The translations under genes and the position numbers were made by a program. From the NCBI RefSeq assembly GCF_964355755.1, contig NC_092673.1:23309648-23373647 (forward strand): a stretch of DNA of 64,000 nt, read 5' to 3'. The notes beneath the pieces are model-generated. The model saw only the letters and a program-made list of their open reading frames with translations, searched no databases and had not been told where the DNA came from. The stretch comes from Antedon mediterranea. Taxonomy: Eukaryota > Animalia > Echinodermata. Within the stretch, counting starts at the first letter, position 1. Each line of letters opens with the position of its first letter. Positions 42,082 to 64,000 of the stretch are shown one piece after another.

Positions 42082-42325
42082 GTGAGTGGCAGCGGCGGGT
42101 GACGACCAAGAAGAAAAAGAAATAAAAACTGTTTAAAAACTTTTTGGAATTGCGCCCTCATTTCAGAGCCTAAAAATAATGTGTTCTTTTGAGGTCATGT
42201 CAATGATTGTGCGCAGTTGTATAGTCTAGGCTAGGATAGGAAACATGAACATTGGAACGAAACTGTGTAATAAACTTTGGGTTTTATAGTTATTATTTGT
42301 CAGATATTTGTCGGAAATAGAAGAA

Positions 42326-56098
<13,773 letters not shown>

Positions 56099-57087
56099 TG
56101 TTTTGACCTAGCCCGTCCTAGGCAAACGATTTAAGAGCGGATGACGGTTGCTCTATTATAAAGAAGGACATCGACAGTGATAATGAGATGAACCAGAGGA
56201 AACCATCTGGAGGCTAGGAACAAATTAATTTGTGTGTGAGGTATTTGGTCCTGTTTGAATGGTTAAACTTTGACCTAATTTGCATATTGCTCCATTTGAA
56301 GACAACCTTTAGATACATTAAATATTATCGCATACTAATTTAACAATATAACAAAACATTACAAATGGTGGGGTATTAATAAAACATCTGGCACAGTTAT
56401 GTATAAAAAATAATAACTTTTATAGTTATTTATATATTTATAAGCTTTTTTTTTAAAGCAATGCATAAAAGAAACCCCATACCTGTAGGCAAACAAAGTC
56501 AAAATATCTAAACATTATATAACTTGTTTATATATAAACAATTTTATGTAACTTGGCGATTACATTTTCAATAATAATTATAATCTATTCAGTATTAAAT
56601 AAACTTATAATTAACTGATAACCATGAATGAGTATAATCCCAGGGAGCTTGGCTATGAAATTTGAGAAAATTAGGGGGTTGGGATTATAATTGGATTGCA
56701 TTAACAACGGATTTATCATAGGTCTTGCATCCAACTTTAGCCTAAATTAGGGGGTGGGATTATACTTGAACATGGAATTATACATGGTTATATACAATAA
56801 ATTGTATTTTACTTCTGGTAACTACAGTATTTAGGAAATCATTTTGGGGCAGTACAGTAGAATCTCCCTCATATTAAAGGAACACTGTGAAATGGATGAG
56901 AGGAATAGCTGTTCTAGGGCCAACTCCTGTTAAAGGGGACACTAATTTGTAGTTGTTCTATTATATTGCGTTTAAGTATAGCATAATGATAGCCTGGTAA
57001 TTAAAACATTCCCATTGTTTAGAAAGCTGGTTCATTGGCTGATGGTGGTAACATTTGCATATGTTACTTATAGTTGTCGAAGTTAGA

Positions 57088-57225
57088 TAATAGCGAACGT
57101 TCATTTCGGGTTGATAGACGAAGGAGACGTTAATTTGTCGGTTGTTGAACACGATTGGAATTTACGTTCCACTCATTATGGTCCGTTGATTTACCATCTA
57201 CCATCCCGAAACAGGAGCTTGCTAA
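57088..57225. mobile_element. Degenerate small MITE
   Basis: tagcgaacgttcatttcgggttgataga versus tctaccatcccgaaacaggagcttgcta. Confidence 0.5.
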
Positions 57226-58542
57226 TGTAAAAAGCACAAACAAGTTTTAAATATTATTACTGTTATATTTATTATGCTGGTAACTGCACTAGCCATTAGA
57301 CCAATGTGTATTTTAATGTTCTGTGCCTTTGAAAAAAAAATAAGAAGCTTTTGCTATTAATAGATTATATTATACTATATCATTAGTTGATAAGTATTTT
57401 ATGCACTTTCAATGTTGTTTTGAATTTAAAAGTGTTCATTGCTGTTAAGTATTTGATTAATATTGATTACAAAAGGGTGTATTTTTTCTAAGACTTTACA
57501 CGGATTGTTGGAGCGATTCATACATACAATGTAACGATGATTTAGAAATTGTTATAGTTATAATCTAACGAGCTATTACGCTTTCACAAGCTATGTGTAG
57601 GAAAATTAAAGTCTTGTTCAGAGACTTGTAAATGACTGCCAATGACAGGGCATTTCATATCCATCCAAATTTCTTATGCAATCCTAGTTATGTGGGATGT
57701 TTTTCTACGTATCTAGATGATCATTGCCGGCCTTCGCCACTGTCTCTGTTTAAAGATTAGATATTGTCAGAAGTTGGTTACATTTTTCTATGAATCGAGA
57801 ATTCCAATGTACACCTGAGTTCAGGTTTGATTGCAAGTTACTTAAATTTAGTCAAAACTCTATGGATTCCAGTTTTCGTCTTTCTTTCCTTTATTTGCAC
57901 CATATCAGCTTTTATTTTAAACCCTTCACATTCCAAAACTGTAAAAATATGTTTTGTAATCTTGATTTTTCTTTCTTCCTGATTTGGGTGTATGTCTGAT
58001 AACGAAATCGTTTGAAAAGTTTGGCGTTCCACATTTTATTTGTAGAGAAATTTATTACAGAACAAAGATAAACTTTTATAGAAACTATATGATTATAATT
58101 ATATTTATCTTTTAGGAACTGAAATGTATGCATTTTATGTTTTAGCTATTTGTACTTATGTATCATACAATTAAGCATATTTTATTTAACATTTTCTACA
58201 GATTTGACTGGATTTGACGGGGTAAAACAAATCATTATCTTTGTAGACAGTATCCCAAGATAGACTGTGCTTTCTTTAGTGATTGAGCCACCCTGGTTTA
58301 ATAATGTTAAATAATATTCTTTATTCTTTATATCAAACCAACAGTGTAAAACACCAATAACAGGTTGAAAATAAAAGCTAAACTATAAAATATGAGCCAA
58401 TATAAATATATACAAATGAAAAAGAAAATTTAAATAATTTCATTAATGATACATTTAAATTGAGAAAAATTACAGTTAAAAATATCTAAAGAATTATTTT
58501 TATTACTTACAGTTCTATGGTCTACAAAATAATTTTAAATTG

Positions 58543-58701
58543 ATAGCAAGCTTTTGTGTAGAGATCGTAGACAAAGGACGAATGTTTAAATCACAGAATA
58601 CAGTAAAGAATAAACGGGTGGCTTATATGCATGCATAGATTAATCTATTGTATAAGATTACCATCTCTTTTGTCTACAGTACCAAAGCAAAAGCTTGCTA
58701 T
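58543..58701. mobile_element. Small MITE
   Basis: atagcaagcttttg...gtagacaaa versus tttgtctac...caaaagcttgctat. Confidence 0.6.
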
Positions 58702-58713
58702 TATACTCTGGTC

Positions 58714-58749
58714 CATAGAGATGTTATAGTTCACTATAATATCTCTATG
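58714..58749. other. Micro-palindrome of 17+2+17 bp (putative P-superfamily excision footprint)
   Basis: catagagatgttatagt-tc-actataatatctctatg; TSD degenerate (tctggtc/actgctt). Confidence 0.6.
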
Positions 58750-59155
58750 ACTGCTTCTACTGGGATGTTGGTGTTTTTTTGAAGATAATCACAGTTAATT
58801 TGATGTATATACTATACTAACATGTATAGTGCAAAACAATGTTGAGTATTACTGTACTGTACTCTATGGCTTGGAGAAAACTTTTAGATTGGCTATTTAC
58901 GCAATGGGATAAAGAAAAAACGGGATGTGGAATGTGATACTGAAATTTCATTCCATTTTTAAAATCTGATCTGGTGAATCTATTTTTTTCCTTTTAAGAG
59001 TTATCCATGTTCTATGGTTGCTAACAAGTGGTACATAAGGGTAATTCTAATTCCAGGCAGTTTTTATATTACATTTAGTTAAATTAACAGGTTGTAAGAA
59101 GTATTTTTATTTTATGGCGTAAATGTATTAGATTATAAGAATGTGGAAATATTAA

Positions 59156-59431
59156 AGCTTGGTTCTCATTAGGACCCATAATGCAAGGGCTTAAGGGCAA
59201 TGTAAAGCTTGGTTCCCACTAGAGACGCAACACAAGGACGTAACGCAACATTATTCATCAGATGGAGTATTCAAACTGTGGCTTGTCATAGGTCAACTCG
59301 CTTACATGCATCTACATCCTTGCATTGCAACTCTCGTTAAAACCAAGCTTAAGTAATTTAACCAATCATGATGGATCATCCAGACTGTGATTGGCTAACT
59401 AACTGGCTTGTATCTAAGTGTGAACCAAGCT
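59156..59431. mobile_element. PIF/Harbinger-type MITE nested in an older copy of the same family
   Basis: Inner copy 59206-59349 (agcttggttcccactag...aaccaagct) with TAA/TAA; outer agcttggttctca...tgaaccaagct. Confidence 0.75.
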
Positions 59432-59678
59432 TTAAACAAACAGTTGCAATTGAATACTGATTAGTTTGTGTATAATTTGTTAACATTTATTTTTATAATC
59501 ATTTGTAATATACTTTAAAATTGTTTTTAGTTTGAATAGTGCCTCTAAATATAAAATATTCTTAATTAATGCGCCATCAGTAATAACATCTAGGATTTTT
59601 ATAAGGGGTGCTAATATTGAGGGCTGAGGTTTTTTATATGAACTTATGTAACGCGTGTCCAAAAATGCATAGTATGAC

Positions 59679-59705
59679 CATAGAGATATTATAAATATCT
59701 CTATG
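59679..59705. other. Micro-palindrome with 7-bp TSD (putative P-superfamily excision footprint)
   Basis: gtatgac|catagagatattataaatatctctatg|gtatgac. Confidence 0.72.
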
Positions 59706-61149
59706 GTATGACAAATTAGTATGATTTTACAATAGCACCTACTTTGTGCAGTACACCTTAGTGTTTTGGTTAGTACTGTAGGAACGACCTAGGAACAGGT
59801 CAATTTTCGTTGGTCGTTGCCTTGACCTAGACACCACCAAAACCGTATCGAGATTTGGGCGTAAGGAAGCACGTTTAAGCTTTCCAGCATGCACACAATA
59901 CTTTCTATGACCCATCTGACTTATATTTAATGGTTAATCCATGCCTAAAGCATTTTAATAATAATAATATTCACTGTATTATATATATTTGACACTAAAA
60001 ATCATAGATTACTGTACGTTTTCTTTTTTTCGCTTCCTATTATTTAAGCTGCAAATGTTGTCTATCTAAACAATTACCTCCATATTAATTTTCGATTTCT
60101 ACAATGGATGTTTATATTTGTGTTATTTAAAGTAAATTATAACAACACCTTGTACAAAACTAAAAATGATTATTTATTATGTTTTCACCAATGCTTTTAT
60201 TAAGGCATTTCATGTGCTTTTCACCATTTTTAATGTGGAAAAACTTATTTAAAAAATAAAATACACTATTGTATTTGTTTGCTACCCATTACTAAAAATG
60301 CACATATCACTGTGTATAACACTGTATTCTTATATTTCTGGTAATGATATATATATTACTACAGATATGTTTTACATGTGGGCGAATGTTGTATAATTAA
60401 ATATAGACATATAAAATTGATATATACCTTTCAAAATTGTGTTGTACATTTCGCAGTGCTTGTTATTTTGGTGGTCCTTACTTTGGTAAGACTTTTATGG
60501 TAATATAGATAATAATAAATAATTATACATTTTATAAGAATTTCTTTATAATTTGAAATTTAGAGCTTACAATTCATTTTTTTTTATTGATTTCTAATTA
60601 CCTCTTTTCCCATAATAATTATCACTAATAGGAACAAATTCAGTTAAGCTCAACAGAATTTTCTGCTTTTTTTTCTGGCAAAAGGATGCAAATAAATATA
60701 ATTAAAAATAAGTTTAGATAAGTTTTTTTTAATGATGTTTATCATCGAATACACTGTTTATATACCTCAAAATGTTAGAGTTGTTGCCATTATTAAAACA
60801 TCTGAGGTATAATCATTATTGTACATTTTGTTTTTCATTTTGAAGTTCAACTAGAATTCACTAAAGACAATGGCCGTGTTTCCGCAGCCATAAAAAATGA
60901 TCAGTTAATTTTAAAAAAAATAGATAATAACAAATATAAAGTATGCATGATCAAAATTACCAAACAATCAAGTTCCCAATCACAATGCAACAATTTGAGA
61001 TTTGAGATAATTATTGGTTAATTGGTTAAACACTATTTCCACAGGAATTTTATCTGTTAATTATCGTTAATTTTTGGATGCTGAAACATGGTATGAACAC
61101 TTTCAATCATGTACAAACTTCCAAGGCTGTCTTAACTAAACTTGTCTCT

Positions 61150-62577
61150 AATCTATTGTGTTGAGCTACAATTGCTGCCTCTGCCTATGTTCTATTGGAT
61201 CTATTGTGAATACCTATACTACAGCTTTGGCAATATCTTGACAATGCCTCTCTTGTGTGTTGAGCTACTATTGCTGCCTCTCCCTATGTTCTCTGAGTTC
61301 TCTATTACATTTGGATCTTTTGTACAGACCTACAATGTACTACATGTTTGGCAAGATCTTACCAATGCTTCTCTGTGTTGTACTATTGCTCCCTCTTCCT
61401 ATTTTCTGTGGGTTTTCTATTACATATGGATCTATTGTACAGACCTATACTACATCTTTGATCTTACCAATGCTTCTCTGTGTTGTGCTACTATTGCTGC
61501 CCCTGCCTATGTTCTGTGGGTTCTCTATTACATTTGGATCTATTGTACAGACCTATAATACCACAGCTTTGGCAAGATCTTACCAATGCTTATCTGTGTT
61601 GTACTATTGCTCCCTCTGCCTATGTTCTCTGGGTTCTCTATTACATTTGGATCTATTGTACAGACCTATACTACAGCTTTGGCAAGATCTTACCAATGCT
61701 TCTCTGTGTTGTACTATTGCTCCCTCTGCCTATGTTCTCTGGGTTCTCTATTACATTTGGATCTATTGTACAGACCTATACTACATCTTTGGCAAGATCT
61801 TACCAATGCTTCTCTGTGTTGTACTATTGCTCCCTCTGCCTATGTTCTCTGGGTTCTCTATTACATTTGGATCTATTGTACAGACCTATACTACAGCTTT
61901 GGCAAGATCTTACCACCTTCTCTGTGTTGTGCTACTATTGCTCCCTCTGCCTATGTTCTGTGGGTTCTCTATTACATATGGATCTATTGTACAGGCTGAT
62001 ACTACAGCTTTGACCAGATTTACCAATGCTTCTCTGTGTTGTGCTACTATTGCTGCCTCTTCCATGTTTTCTGGGTTCTCTATTACATTTGGATCTATTG
62101 TACAGACCTATACTACATCTTTGATCTTACCTATGCTTCTCTGTGTTGTGATACTATTGCTGCCTCTGCCATGTTCTCTATTACATTTGGATCTATTGTA
62201 CAGACCTATACTACAGCTTTGACAAGATCTTACCAATGCTTATCTGTGTTGTGCTACTGTTGCTGCCTCTGCTTATGTACTGTGGGTTCTCTATTACATT
62301 TGGATCTATTGTACAGACCTATACTACATCTTTGACAAGATCTTACCAATGCTTATCTGTGTTGTGCTACTGTTGCTGCCTCTGCTTATGTACTGTGGGT
62401 TCTCTATTACATTTGGATCTATTTTACAGACCTATAATATCACAGTTTTGGCAAGATTTACCAATGCTTCTCTGTGTTGTGCTACTGTTGCTGCCTTTGC
62501 TTATGTACTGTGGGTTCTCTATTACATTGGATCTATTGTACAGGCTGATACTACAGCTTTGGCAAGATCTTACCACC
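61150..62577. repeat. Tandem satellite, ~110-bp unit, about 13 copies
   Basis: Unit ctacagctttggcaagatcttaccaatgcttctctgtg...ggatctattgtacagacctata at, for example, 61671, 61781 and 61891. Central copies are nearly identical and edge copies diverged. Confidence 0.95.
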
Positions 62578-62779
62578 TTCCACCACCATGTTGTGCATGC
62601 GACTATCGATGTCTGTTGTTGTTTTCCAAGTTGATATCAATGTTCTAGTTTCTCTTTTAAGTCTTAGCTGTCCTTGTAGTGGTTCTTGTTTTTACTAGTT
62701 GCCAATCATCAGACTATCCGATCATATTGTCTTAACCCTCCTTATTATGCTATAAATGCATCTTGACAAGACTGTGTTA

Positions 62780-62919
62780 AGCTCTGTCTACACTATTAAA
62801 CTTTATGCGACAAAAAATGTGATGTGCCCATATATGGACATGATTTCATATCACTACCATATTTGAGCATATCACTACCATATTTTTTGTCAAACTAGTT
62901 TGATAATGTAGACAGAGCT
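62780..62919. mobile_element. 140-bp PIF/Harbinger-type MITE
   Basis: TIR agctctgtctacactattaaact / agtttgataatgtagacagagct; TSD TTA on both sides. Confidence 0.85.
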
Positions 62920-64000
62920 TTACATTTAAAAGCATGTCAGTGTAGTACTTGTACTGTAATTGTAATGTTTTGTAACTTTGTTTCCATTGTAAAGCTAACA
63001 GTAATAATCACAGTGATGAATTCTATACAAGACTTGTCAATTTATTCTTTACTGTTTGGTATGATCTGTGTAGAACATTGATAAAAAACATAAATAGAGC
63101 ATCTTTCTCAATCACTCTTACTATTAATTATATAATAATTAACATGCAATTTCCGAACAATATCCACCTTTCAGATCATTTTAATTATCAACCAATATCA
63201 CAAATCACTTTCTATTTAAAATAGAAACTTCTTTTGATTTTATCAAGATAAGTACTCTTCTATGTTTATAAACATGCTTTGTCACATTGTGTATCCATGC
63301 CCAAGGCCTTACAAAAGCCGCTTGTCTGGGTTGTCCCAAAGAAGGCAAATTTTCTATGGAAAAGAAGATCATTGATATCTATGGATCTATGGCAGCTTTT
63401 ATTTTTCAATTTAAAGCACCTTATTTAATGATCAAGGTTTATACAATATTACAACCCTTTGTGGAGTAATAGTGCCCACTGAATTTTCATTTAAATCAAT
63501 TTATAGGGCAAAATTAATCTCAAAGAAAATCTTGTGCTAGGCTGCATACAATTATGAATAAAAATTAAGTTTATGTCTAGGCTTATCATAGCTACAATAA
63601 TTATTTTGACCATTGTCAAAGTTCTAACAAATTAGTAAGCACTGCGCTGAAACCTAAATAAACTGTGTAGGTAATATTCTCAAACATTTGCAGTATTGTA
63701 TCAATGCTATCCCATATCAATCATAATAAACAACCCTGTGGAACATTCAATATCTTACAATTTGTGGAATGGAATCAATTCTATAACAGCGAACATTCTT
63801 ATCCTTACAACATGACCCACCTATTCCAAAATATTAATAAACTTTTCAACTATAACTACAACCTTTTCTTTACACATACGTTACAATTCAAATTTGTACA
63901 ATCCACCAATCATCGTATTACTTACAAAAATAGACACATCTATGTGCAGGCTACTGACCAATCAGAAAAGTGAAAACATTACCTTTAATCCATTAATAGG

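Noticed and set aside
61142-62648. Hydrophobic or Cys-rich protein ORFs
   Set aside because: They are translations of a 110-bp satellite that switch frame from unit to unit.

Overview
AT-rich, repeat-dense eukaryotic DNA from an invertebrate animal; an echinoderm-like origin is only a guess from composition. One intact host gene is well supported: a 9-coding-exon (+) calcium-binding mitochondrial ATP-Mg/Pi carrier (SCaMC, SLC25A23/24/25 family). Its CDS is join(42326-42523,43496-43710,44299-44410,52201-52359,52693-52845,53098-53205,53837-54004,54402-54549,55923-56098) = 1437 nt, 478 aa, with all introns GT-AG and phase-consistent. A further upstream coding exon may exist at 42047-42081. The rest is transposon debris and tandem repeats: a complete-ended, internally decayed Academ element with a nested Rex1/Babar LINE, a second LINE 3' end, a DIRS RT/RNase H fragment inside a MITE terminal repeat, a Helentron-type HINE, two tRNA-derived SINEs, many MITEs and four tandem arrays. 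The most unusual signal is an apparent record of transposon excision scars. Five tiny CAT...ATG palindromes, three with perfect 7-bp target duplications and none with an arm longer than 17 bp, match P-element excision chemistry. TA-GGCC-TA and TA-CAG-TA words are also strongly over-represented. I found no CRISPR array, rRNA, true tRNA or convincing novel protein-coding system. All alignments and counts were done by eye.
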